DNA from: Candidatus Uhrbacteria bacterium
Lineage (GTDB): Bacteria > Patescibacteriota > Patescibacteriia > UBA9934 > GWF2-40-263
DNA: 64,000 bases
Assembly: GCA_016188475.1 (NCBI GenBank)
Contig: JACPHT010000007.1
Coordinates: forward strand, 16,467-80,466
Reading direction: 5' to 3'
Of the stretch, positions 29,220 through 37,975 are shown in pieces (the stretch's first letter is position 1; the number at the start of each line of letters is the position of its first letter). The position numbers and the translations under genes were made by a program. The notes below the pieces were generated by a model, which had not been told where the DNA came from, made no database searches, and worked only from the letters and a program-made list of their open reading frames with translations.

Positions 29220-30432
29220 ATGAACCAAAGATAACCTTAATCGCCACATCAAGTTGTGGATCAATCCCTTGTTTGAATTCATCAAGTGTGAAAGGAATTA
29301 CGATATCCGGAGTGATTCCTGTTTCGTGAATCGTGCGACCTTTTGGAGTATACCAAGTTGCTGTTGTAACTTTTACAGCCGACCCGTCGCTTAATTCGCG
29401 GTAATCTTGCACAGAACCTTTGCCAAAAGTTTGAGTACCGACAAGTTTAGCGAGTCCATAATCTTGCAGAGCACCAGAAACAATTTCAGAAGCAGACGCG
29501 CTACCTCCGTTCACCAAAACAACTGTTGGAACATCGGCGAGACGGGCCGCGCTCATACCTTTGAATGTTTGCGCATTCTCTTGCGATTTTTCAATCACGA
29601 CAGGTTGATAACCAACCCAAGCTGAAGCAATATCAATTGCTGATGTAAGAAGTCCGCCGGGATTGCTTCGTAAATCAAGAATTATTCCGCGAACGTTTTT
29701 TGTGAGTGTTTCCTGAATCGCATCCAAAAATAATTCTGAAGTGTCGTCGTTGAACGTTGAAATTGAAATTCGCATGATGTTATTTTCATCAATTTTCCAT
29801 TTTACAGAATCAATAACAATTTTTTCTCGAGTGATCGTAATTTCTGTAAGAGAATTCAAACCATTTCTACTAATAGACATTTTAACTTGTGTCCCGGCGT
29901 CACCTCGGATTTTTGAAACAGCTTCGTCAACACTCATGCCAAGTGTTTCAACTCCATCAATCATCACAATCCAATCACCTGGCTGAAGACCAGCACGAGC
30001 TGCTGGAGCATCATCAATCGGAGCGACAATAACTAATTTTTCATCTCGAATTCCGATTTCTGCGCCGATTCCACTGAAAGATCCATTCAAACTTGAAATA
30101 AATTCCTCTGCGTCTTTTGGATCAAAATAAACAGAATAAGGATCACCGAGTCCTTCAAGAATTCCCTTCAAAGCGCCGTAATATAAATCCTCATCAGAAA
30201 CTGGCTGTTTGTAATAAGAAGTTTTCGCAAAATTCCAAACATCCCAAAATTGCTTAAAATCAAGTTTGCTTTCATCTGCTGTCTGACCATTGGATTCAGT
30301 AACCAAATTTTTTGTTGAACGTGCGCCTCCGACAAAATATCCAATCACAAATGAAAACACTATGATAAGCGAGCTAAAAAGAAAAAGCACTGTGTGCGGA
30401 ATGTTCTTTTTTGGAAAAAAAATTGAAGGCAT
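29185..30432 (-). CDS. ctpA: S41 carboxyl-terminal processing protease
   Basis: TM anchor, DPYS, PDZ GIGAEI, DLRSNPGG, SASASE, TFGKGSVQ. Confidence 0.92.
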   Translation of the reverse strand: MPSIFFPKKNIPHTVLFLFSSLIIVFSFVIGYFVGGARSTKNLVTESNGQTADESKLDFKQFWDVWNFAKTSYYKQPVSDEDLYYGALKGILEGLGDPYSVYFDPKDAEEFISSLNGSFSGIGAEIGIRDEKLVIVAPIDDAPAARAGLQPGDWIVMIDGVETLGMSVDEAVSKIRGDAGTQVKMSISRNGLNSLTEITITREKIVIDSVKWKIDENNIMRISISTFNDDTSELFLDAIQETLTKNVRGIILDLRSNPGGLLTSAIDIASAWVGYQPVVIEKSQENAQTFKGMSAARLADVPTVVLVNGGSASASEIVSGALQDYGLAKLVGTQTFGKGSVQDYRELSDGSAVKVTTATWYTPKGRTIHETGITPDIVIPFTLDEFKQGIDPQLDVAIKVIFGSYVEQKTENKTP

Positions 30433-30519
30433 GATAGAAAGTAGTATAGTAGAAAAGTAGTAAAGTAGCAAAGGGATTGTTATTCCTCTGCTATTTTGCT
30501 ACTCTGCTACTATTTAACT

Positions 30520-31713
30520 ATGCCTAAATTCTGGCGACCGTTGTTATTCTTCATATTTGTCGCCGCGTTTTTAATAAGCGCGCCGATTGTTGTTTTGTAT
30601 ACTGCTGGTTATCGCTATCAATTTGGAGCAAACAAAATTGTTCAAACTGGAATTTTGAATGTGGCGTCTTTTCCAAAGGGCGCTTCAATTTTTATTGATA
30701 ACAAAAAACAAAAAGAAAATACTCCTGCTGTAATTGACGACGTTATGCCAGGAAAGCACATAGTTCGAGTGCAAAAAGACGGTTATACTTCCTGGCAAAA
30801 AACACTCGAAATCAACAGCAAACAAACCACATTTGCAGATGATATTATTTTATTCCTTGAGCAAGCTCCTGAATCAACAACTATCGCGCTTACAACAGAA
30901 CCGGTTATTAACAAATCAACAAAACAATGGATATATATAACAGATGATGGTTCTTGGATTGAGGTTCTAATGAAAGAAAATTTTGACACACTACCAAAAT
31001 CACTTTTGCGTTTACCAAAACAAAAGTTACAAACATATTCTGTTAAATGGACTGACACAAACGAAATTTTGTTCATCGAAGCAACCGGAACAAAACAAGC
31101 AAAAACACTTCTCAACGTTAAAACAGATGAACAAAAACCATTTGATGAAAAACTTTCGGCGTTATCAATTAAAAATTTATCTGATCGAAGTGTTCTTTCT
31201 ATAAAAGACGAAAACAATGTTGCAAAAATTATCGCTTATCTACCTCTTGGCTCATATATTTTTGACAATTCTCCAAATCCATATTTTTTACTGAGTGACA
31301 CTTCACACAACAGACTTATTATTATTGATCCAACACAAACACAGGAAACTATACTTTTAAACGTTTCTGCAAATCAATGGAATTGGTCAAAAACCGGAGG
31401 CGCACTTCTGTTTAGTGACGGGTTTGATGTTGCAGTGTATTCACCTACCTCGCACAGACAAGAAACGTTAACGCGAGTAAGTGAACCAATAACTGGACTT
31501 AAATGGTATGAAAAAGGTTCGGTTGCAATTTTTGCTTCAAAAGAAGGAATAGAGGCGATTGAACTTGATCAAAGATCACAAAGAAATAAGACGACTCTTG
31601 TGGAAGAACCTCTTGTAAATCAATTTTGGTTTGAAAATGATGGTGAATGGATTGTGTGGACGATTGAGAAGGATTCTGGAGTTGAAGTGGTGAGAAAAAG
31701 ATTGCAAAAGTAA
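30520..31713 (+). CDS. PEGA-domain membrane-anchored protein
   Basis: TM then S.PKGASIFID..TPA..PGKH.V.V.KDGY PEGA pattern and a beta-rich C-terminus. Confidence 0.8.
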   Translation: MPKFWRPLLFFIFVAAFLISAPIVVLYTAGYRYQFGANKIVQTGILNVASFPKGASIFIDNKKQKENTPAVIDDVMPGKHIVRVQKDGYTSWQKTLEINSKQTTFADDIILFLEQAPESTTIALTTEPVINKSTKQWIYITDDGSWIEVLMKENFDTLPKSLLRLPKQKLQTYSVKWTDTNEILFIEATGTKQAKTLLNVKTDEQKPFDEKLSALSIKNLSDRSVLSIKDENNVAKIIAYLPLGSYIFDNSPNPYFLLSDTSHNRLIIIDPTQTQETILLNVSANQWNWSKTGGALLFSDGFDVAVYSPTSHRQETLTRVSEPITGLKWYEKGSVAIFASKEGIEAIELDQRSQRNKTTLVEEPLVNQFWFENDGEWIVWTIEKDSGVEVVRKRLQK

Positions 31714-31720
31714 ACAAAAA

Positions 31721-31811
31721 GAGCGGTCGTACAATGTCTCCGGGCCAACGCCGTGCCTGCCTTTGGCAGGGACTCTTCGCCGCTGTCCCCTACGTCATGG
31801 TACAACCGCTC
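31721..31811 (-). repeat. Covarying hairpin family, copy B (with an inserted mini-hairpin)
   Basis: GAGCGGT..ATGAC-GTA-GGG-GAC-AGCGG-CGAAGAGT..[CCTGCCAAAGGCAGG]..CGTT-GG-CCC-GGA-GACAT..ACCGCTC. Confidence 0.8.
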
Positions 31812-31865
31812 ATTTATTATCTCTCAACTTCCTATTTGGTGGAAAGGGATGGAGGACGATATTCA

Positions 31866-32948
31866 CTACAATTCCACAAAACTATTGTCGCCAACAATCA
31901 ATCTGTGTCCGCTTTTTGGATGAGTGCGTGTGTAATCAACGAGTGTCGCGTTGAGTCCGATCAAACTGTTTACAATTCTGCGCGTTGTATCAATCGTCGC
32001 GCCATCAAAAATTATCGAATGCTCAACTTCTGTTTGATTAATTTTTACATTGTTGCCAATCGATGTATACGGCCCGATATACGAAGAAGTAATCTCACAA
32101 TTTTCTCCAATCACAACTGGCCCACGGATCAGCACATCTGCATTGATGCGTGTGTTTTTCCCAATACTTACCATTCCTTGAATTTGCACGCTCTCTGACA
32201 ATTCACACTCACAACAAAAATGCTCGCGTGGAAGATCATCCATGATAAGTGCATTGCCTTCAATCAAAGCGTCAGGCGTTCCGGTATCTTTCCACCAACC
32301 AGTAATTTCCTCATGTCCTGTTTTTCCATTTCTAATATACCAAGTAATGATGTCAGTGATTTCATACTCACCACGCGCAGATGGCTCGATCGTTTTAAAA
32401 GCTTCAAAAAAATTCTCATCAAATAAATAAATTCCAGTCACTGCAAATGGCGACGGTGGATTTTTTGGTTTTTCAATTGTTCTGACCAGCTGCCCTTCAG
32501 CACCAAATTCCGGAACGCCAAATCTCTGCGGATCTTTAACGCGCGAAAGCGCGATCATGCAATTGAGTTCTTCATTTTGAAATCGCTCGACAAATTTTTT
32601 TATACTTCCAAGAATAATATTATCGCCAAGAAAAAATAAAAAACGCTCGCCGCGAAGATATTCTTCAGCGTTTGCGACAACGTGCGCGAGACCTTTTGCG
32701 CCACCACGCTGTTCAACATATTTGATATGCGCTCCGTATTTTGAACCATCTCCAAGTGTATCAGCCATGAGCTGAACCTCACCTGGATTTACGTTGATAA
32801 TAATATCAGTGATTCCAGCGTCGATGATTTTTTTGATTGGATACAAAAGCATTGGTTGATTCGCAAGTGGAATCAAGTGTTTGTTACGCGTCCAAGTAAT
32901 TGGGCGCAAACGTGTGGAATGGCCACCGGCCGCGATCAGGGCTTTCAT
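31866..32948 (-). CDS. Glucose-1-phosphate thymidylyltransferase (long form)
   Basis: AAGGHSTRLRP, NKHLIP, EKP, PSARGEYEITD, WWKDTG, C-terminal hexapeptide repeats. Confidence 0.9.
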   Translation of the reverse strand: MKALIAAGGHSTRLRPITWTRNKHLIPLANQPMLLYPIKKIIDAGITDIIINVNPGEVQLMADTLGDGSKYGAHIKYVEQRGGAKGLAHVVANAEEYLRGERFLFFLGDNIILGSIKKFVERFQNEELNCMIALSRVKDPQRFGVPEFGAEGQLVRTIEKPKNPPSPFAVTGIYLFDENFFEAFKTIEPSARGEYEITDIITWYIRNGKTGHEEITGWWKDTGTPDALIEGNALIMDDLPREHFCCECELSESVQIQGMVSIGKNTRINADVLIRGPVVIGENCEITSSYIGPYTSIGNNVKINQTEVEHSIIFDGATIDTTRRIVNSLIGLNATLVDYTRTHPKSGHRLIVGDNSFVEL

Positions 32949-33065
32949 AGTGTAGAAGCTGAAGATGTTGGAGATAATAAGTTAACAGGAAACTTGCCGA
33001 TTGACAAATACATCAAAGTCACCCAATATACGCTTGCCTTGATGGCTGAAAAGAAAGGTGGACTC

Positions 33066-33635
33066 ATGAAATTCGTTTCACTTAGAGACACTGCTCAAGC
33101 AATTGGTTCGGACACATATATTCTACTAGAGACTGAGGAAGTCGCCCAAGGTAAAATCGCGGCTGGCAAGGCTCACGAACTATGGGTCTTCGATCAAATA
33201 GCAGGTGTAATCAGGAGGGGGGATAACAAGTTTCACGCTTGTGGCGTCGTTCCTCACCCTGGCGGATGGTACGTGGCGGCGGTCATCGAGGAACCAAGTG
33301 TTGTACAGCCAGAATATGGGCCGCGCATTGTTGGACAGGTGATTGTAGATGTGAATCAACACGGTTTCGTCCGTTCGCGAATCGCGAAAGGATTGAACGG
33401 AGAAATACTTGAGTTGAGGCCAAGCTCGATTTCCAAAGGCGAGCTCGAATCCTCTGGACGCAAGCCTGACGCTGTGTACGAGGCAAACCCACAGCGCATC
33501 AAAGGAACGATCGCTGTGTTCAGAAACGATGTCGATTTTCCTGATGAGGAAGGCGTGACTCCTTCTGAATTCGTCTCTCGCTCGACCGATGCTCGTTCTA
33601 TCACTGCCATTGCCAAGCTCGGTCTTCTCTCGTAG
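33066..33635 (+). CDS. Hypothetical protein, possibly a distant NDP-hexose 2,3-dehydratase-like (Nudix-fold) domain
   Basis: SD AAAGGTGG before ATG 33066; downstream terminator; weak motif echo of the 34583 gene (SKGEL vs SKGNL). Confidence 0.6.
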   Translation: MKFVSLRDTAQAIGSDTYILLETEEVAQGKIAAGKAHELWVFDQIAGVIRRGDNKFHACGVVPHPGGWYVAAVIEEPSVVQPEYGPRIVGQVIVDVNQHGFVRSRIAKGLNGEILELRPSSISKGELESSGRKPDAVYEANPQRIKGTIAVFRNDVDFPDEEGVTPSEFVSRSTDARSITAIAKLGLLS

Positions 33636-33799
33636 CTCATTCTGAACCCAACTCGCTGAACCCAACTCGGGTTCTTTTTTGTTAAATATTTACTCGCAAA
33701 ATTATCTGTGACTATGATTTGCATACAAAATATAAGTGACTATTTGAGAAGAATACTTGGAAATGACTGTTCGAAAATAACAGTTTAATGATTTTTGCA

Positions 33800-33835
33800 A
33801 TCACACTTAACTCCCGATCGGGAGTTAAGTGTGAT
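33800..33835. repeat. Perfect 36-bp palindrome (family of 8932/9058)
   Basis: ATCACACTTAACTCCCGA|TCGGGAGTTAAGTGTGAT. Confidence 0.9.
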
Positions 33836-33874
33836 AATATTTTTTGAAAACTAGGGAAATGTTCTATATCTTTC

Positions 33875-33912
33875 TGTTGACATCTTTTCGCGGGTGTGAA
33901 AAAATGTCAACA
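33875..33912. repeat. 38-bp palindrome upstream of the PaaX/Cas2-like gene
   Basis: TGTTGACA-TCTT-TTCGC-GGGT-GTGAA-AAAA-TGTCAACA. Confidence 0.8.
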
Positions 33913-33952
33913 AGTCAACAGACGATAAATTAAAAATTTCAAAATAAATCTT

Positions 33953-34468
33953 ATGCCTAAAATTTTTCAACAAAAAGCAATACTGCAATTATTAAAATCT
34001 ATAGAAAACGAATTACTAATCCTACCCACACCAACACAGATCTATTTTGGTCCGCGCACAGAAATCGGACAAGTACGAAAAACTGAGCGAGAACAATCTC
34101 GTCTCCGTAGAGAACGATATCAACAAATACAATATCTAAAAAGAAAAAAATGGGTCAGCACGAAACAAACTGAAAAAGGATTGTTTATAAAGTTAAGCGA
34201 CCTTGGAAAAAATGAACTGATCGCCAGGTCAGCACAATCAAAGCCTAAGCTATCTGGTAATAATGTATGCCTTCTTATTTTCGATTTTCCAGAATCTGCA
34301 CGCAGAGGCCGCGATGCATTTCGTTATTTCATAAAATCACTCGGATTCAAACAAGTCCAAATGAGTGTTTGGGAATCAGATCGAAATTGTATGGAGGATG
34401 TCAAACGATTCATCAAAGACACAAAAATCTCCAAATGGGTAAAATTGTATATTGCAAACGAAAAATAA
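33953..34468 (+). CDS. PaaX-like protein: winged-helix region plus Cas2-like domain
   Basis: IQYLKRKKWV..IKLSDLG (wHTH) then LLIFDFPE..R..RDAFRYFIKSLGFKQVQMSVW. Confidence 0.75.
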   Translation: MPKIFQQKAILQLLKSIENELLILPTPTQIYFGPRTEIGQVRKTEREQSRLRRERYQQIQYLKRKKWVSTKQTEKGLFIKLSDLGKNELIARSAQSKPKLSGNNVCLLIFDFPESARRGRDAFRYFIKSLGFKQVQMSVWESDRNCMEDVKRFIKDTKISKWVKLYIANEK

Positions 34469-34506
34469 TTGGGCTTTGGTGTTAGTGAAAAATTTGTAAA
34501 ACAATT

Positions 34507-34544
34507 TGTTGACAAAAGTTCACCCCTGTGAAAAGTTGTCAACA
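34507..34544. repeat. 38-bp palindrome downstream of the PaaX/Cas2-like gene
   Basis: TGTTGACA-AAAG-TTCAC-CCCT-GTGAA-AAGT-TGTCAACA. Confidence 0.8.
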
Positions 34545-34582
34545 AAAAATCGCACCGAGTTGGTGCGAGAGTACTACTCAGA

Positions 34583-35320
34583 CTAGATTAGCATGCTACT
34601 GACAGAGCGCATGTGTCCGTTTAGAAAACCGGATTGGCGAAGTGTGCGCCAAATATAGATGTTGATCCATGCAAAGTTCTCCGGTTGACCAGTTAGCTGT
34701 ATTTCTGCTTCAACATCTTCGATAGAAAGAACATTGACAATTACGTACTTGTTAGCCTTTTCGAAAAATCGCCCTCCATCCTCAACAGCAGACTCCCATA
34801 CCGCGAAATTAACCCATGTCGGTTTCTTCGATTCAGTTGCGATGCTCGCAAACGGAACCTGTTTGTACGATTTGCCGTTTGGATCAAGCTCGCCATTCAA
34901 GGCCTTGATATGATTCTCAAGATTGCCTTTTGAGAATTGAATCGGTGGACCCACAAGAACGCGAGTATTGACCAAGTCGGAACGGATTCCTATATTTCCG
35001 GGTTCTGGAAACAGACGCACGAGCAACTTGTCAGGATCTATGCGCGATCCAAATCGCCTGATGAGCCCAACATACCCGCTCGGCTGAACTATCATTGGCT
35101 GGCTCCATCCGCTGACTTCGCGCCCACCAGATTGTTTGATCTGAAACCCTTCGACACTGAAGTATTGGCCGTCAGGTCTTGCGATTTTGATATAGTCAGT
35201 AACCCAAGTTGGAGCAAGAGATGAGAGCGGAGTTCTCTCAACCTCCATTGCAAGAGCTGAAGCGCGATCGGTTGCCCATGCGACAAACTCGTCTGATCTT
35301 TCAAATACTTTTGTGGACAC
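34583..35320 (-). CDS. NDP-hexose 2,3-dehydratase family protein (single domain)
   Basis: PDGQYFSVEG, REVSGWSQPMIVQ, EPGN, EDGGRFFEKAN, NFAWI; likely GTG start 35320 after SD AAGGAAG. Confidence 0.8.
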   Translation of the reverse strand: MSTKVFERSDEFVAWATDRASALAMEVERTPLSSLAPTWVTDYIKIARPDGQYFSVEGFQIKQSGGREVSGWSQPMIVQPSGYVGLIRRFGSRIDPDKLLVRLFPEPGNIGIRSDLVNTRVLVGPPIQFSKGNLENHIKALNGELDPNGKSYKQVPFASIATESKKPTWVNFAVWESAVEDGGRFFEKANKYVIVNVLSIEDVEAEIQLTGQPENFAWINIYIWRTLRQSGFLNGHMRSVSSMLI

Positions 35321-35383
35321 GTTAACTTCCTTATCCTGCCGCCAATTGGCAGACGACGATCCTATCAAAAAGAAAAACGGGTG

Positions 35384-36229
35384 TCAACCCCGTTTCTTTG
35401 CCTGCGCGTATTTTTGAATTGTGTCTCGCAGTGCCTCTTTTACTGGCCGTATTGTGATTCCGAATTGCGCGAGTTGTGTGTTTGATAAAAAGTTGTTTGA
35501 ACGTCCTTTTTTTGCAAGGCCTTGAGCAACAAGATCGTCGTTTGAAATCCATTCGCACGAATGATTTGGATCTACCAACTCCTTGTATAATCCAAGCAGT
35601 TCGCGATGCTTCATTGTTCCAGGATTTGAAACATGAAAAATTCCTGTTGCTTTTTTTTCCAAAAGTTGATGAAACACATCAATCATGTCATCAACGATTG
35701 TTACTGAATTTTCAACATCAATTATTTTTGAATAGCTTGCAAGCTTGTCAATCAAATTACTTTCTGATGGTTTCCAATCGATCGGCATTCGAATACGTGC
35801 GATACCGACATTTGGCAAAGTAGTCAAAACTAAGTCAGCCGCCCATTTGGCTCGCGAATAAACTGGACGAGGGTTTCCAAAATCTTCCTCGCGCCAAGCT
35901 TTGTCTTCGTGTGGAGAATCTCCATAAAAAATACAACCTGAACCCATGTGTAACAAATACACACCAACTTCTTGGCAGGCTTGGGCAAGCAAAATCGGCA
36001 TGAGTGTATTTCCCTGAATCGTTTCAAGTTGGTGATCTTCACACCAATCAACATTTGGTTTCCCTTTGATGCCGGCTGCATTCAAAACAACATCTGGTTG
36101 AAATTTCCGAATTTCATCAAGCGCGTCGTGTTTGCTTACAACGTGAACATTGGACACTGTTGCTTCGTCTTTCCAAACATCTTTACAGCGATTGCCAAGA
36201 TACCCGTTTCCAAAGATTAGAATTTTCAT
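35384..36229 (-). CDS. NDP-4-keto-6-deoxyglucose epimerase/reductase (RmlD-like, NRS/ER type)
   Basis: GNGYLG, AAGIKGKPNVDWCE, GSGCIF, YSRAK, RIRMPI. Confidence 0.8.
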   Translation of the reverse strand: MKILIFGNGYLGNRCKDVWKDEATVSNVHVVSKHDALDEIRKFQPDVVLNAAGIKGKPNVDWCEDHQLETIQGNTLMPILLAQACQEVGVYLLHMGSGCIFYGDSPHEDKAWREEDFGNPRPVYSRAKWAADLVLTTLPNVGIARIRMPIDWKPSESNLIDKLASYSKIIDVENSVTIVDDMIDVFHQLLEKKATGIFHVSNPGTMKHRELLGLYKELVDPNHSCEWISNDDLVAQGLAKKGRSNNFLSNTQLAQFGITIRPVKEALRDTIQKYAQAKKRG

Positions 36230-36231
36230 AA

Positions 36232-37236
36232 TTAACGTTTTATATATTGCTTCTCATAATAATTAGCGTACTCACCTGAGCGACACCGGTTCACCCAAGA
36301 TTGGTTTGTTTTATACCATTCAACTGTTTTTGCCAAGCCGTCGTCGAATGATGTTTGAGGCTCCCAACCAAGTTCCATTCGCAACTTTTGTGAATTAAGC
36401 GCGTAACGACGATCATGGCCAACACGATCTTTCACATATTCGATGTGCGAATCATCACATCCAGTCATTTCAAGCAACTTTCGCGTCACATCCAAATTTG
36501 GCACACGATGTCCTGTTCCGATGTTATACGCCTCTCCAACATTTCCTTTTTGAGAAATTAAATCGATCGCGCGACAATGATCTTCTGTAAAAATCCATTC
36601 ACGAATTTGCATCCCGTCTCCATATACTGGAACTTTTTTTCGATCCATTAAATTACATGTGAACAATGGAATTAACTTTTCTGGAAATTGAAATGGGCCA
36701 TAGAAGTTCACCGAATGCGTCATAATTACTGGAACACCAAACGTCACATGATACGAGTGACACAGATGATCTCCAGCGGCTTTGGATGCTGAATAAGGAC
36801 TTCGCGGTTCAAACTGACTTTTTTCGTCCGACTCCCCTTCCATAACAGCGCCATAAACTTCATCTGTTGAAATTTGAATAATGCGTGGAACTTTGTATTT
36901 TTTTACAGCTTCAAGAAGCGTGTACACACCATAAATGTTTGTATCAATAAATGCTCGAGGTTCCATGATAGAACGATCAACATGAGTTTCAGCCGCGTAG
37001 TTTATGATTAGATCAATTCCTTTTGACACAACATCATCAACTGATTTTTCATCAGCAATATTTCCTTTTATAAATCTATAGCGAGGATCGTTTTGTATAT
37101 CTGAGAGATTTTCCAAATTTCCGGCGTAAGTCAAAAAATCAAAATTTATGACTTCAACATCATTATAATTTTTGAGTAGATAGTGAATCATGTTTGAGCC
37201 CATGAATCCGGCTCCGCCTGTAACAAGAATTTTCAT
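36232..37236 (-). CDS. rfbB: dTDP-glucose 4,6-dehydratase
   Basis: TGGAGFMGS, LTYAGN, AAETHVDRSI, STDEVYG, PYSASKA, GHDRRY. Confidence 0.95.
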   Translation of the reverse strand: MKILVTGGAGFMGSNMIHYLLKNYNDVEVINFDFLTYAGNLENLSDIQNDPRYRFIKGNIADEKSVDDVVSKGIDLIINYAAETHVDRSIMEPRAFIDTNIYGVYTLLEAVKKYKVPRIIQISTDEVYGAVMEGESDEKSQFEPRSPYSASKAAGDHLCHSYHVTFGVPVIMTHSVNFYGPFQFPEKLIPLFTCNLMDRKKVPVYGDGMQIREWIFTEDHCRAIDLISQKGNVGEAYNIGTGHRVPNLDVTRKLLEMTGCDDSHIEYVKDRVGHDRRYALNSQKLRMELGWEPQTSFDDGLAKTVEWYKTNQSWVNRCRSGEYANYYEKQYIKR

Positions 37237-37637
37237 ATCATCTCTTTGATCTTTTGGGCTGTTAGCGAGAGTTCATCTGACGATGGATTAAGTTGCGTCC
37301 ACCCCACATGACCGTCTCCAAACTTTCTTGGAATGATGTGAACGTGGGTATGAAAAATAGTTTGACCGGATGCTTCGCCTATGTTCGCAGTGATTGTACA
37401 TCCATCAGATTCTGTTGCGCGAACAATTACTGGCGCGAGTTTTTGAACAACATCCAACAAATGATGAACGACGTCCTTGGAACTTTCTAAAATGTTTGGT
37501 GATTCTTCTTTTGGAACAACAAGTGTGTGGCCAGGATTTACAGGATTTATGTCAAGAAACGCAATCGCGCGATCATCCTCGTAAATGATGTAAGCTGGAA
37601 TTTCACGGGAAATTATTTTTGAGAAGATTGAGGGCAT
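37233..37637 (-). CDS. HIT family hydrolase
   Basis: SIFSKII, GHTLVVPK, GQTIFHTHVHIIPR. Confidence 0.92.
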   Translation of the reverse strand: MPSIFSKIISREIPAYIIYEDDRAIAFLDINPVNPGHTLVVPKEESPNILESSKDVVHHLLDVVQKLAPVIVRATESDGCTITANIGEASGQTIFHTHVHIIPRKFGDGHVGWTQLNPSSDELSLTAQKIKEMI

Positions 37638-37972
37638 ACTAGGCGTAAAAATAATAACGGAGTAAAAAATGCAATGATAACAACCAAAAACCGAAACATC
37701 CCAAACCCTTCACCGAAAATCCACACTAACACAGATAATAAAATTCCCATAACTAAAGCAATAATCATCTCAAACCAAGGACGTTCGGTGTATTCTTTTA
37801 CCATAATTGCCCACCAAATTCCAAATGCAATCGCTGAAAGCAAAAAAATGTGGACGGAGAACACTCGCGCAACAAAACCCGGTTTCAAAATATCAAGAAT
37901 CCAAAACACAACGTAAGAAATAAGACTCACATAGAAACCAGTGTGTGAAATTGTTGATTGAAAATTAGACAT
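37613..37972 (-). CDS. Small four-TM hypothetical protein
   Basis: Hydrophobic 119-aa ORF in operon context. Confidence 0.65.
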   Translation of the reverse strand: MSNFQSTISHTGFYVSLISYVVFWILDILKPGFVARVFSVHIFLLSAIAFGIWWAIMVKEYTERPWFEMIIALVMGILLSVLVWIFGEGFGMFRFLVVIIAFFTPLLFLRLVCPQSSQK

Positions 37973-37975
37973 AAA

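Noticed and set aside
31734-32198. 154-aa plus-strand ORF
   Set aside because: It starts inside hairpin copy B and runs antisense to the thymidylyltransferase gene.
33953-34468. CRISPR-Cas locus based on the Cas2-like domain
   Set aside because: No cas1, effector gene or array in the window, and the wHTH fusion matches the PaaX-like architecture.
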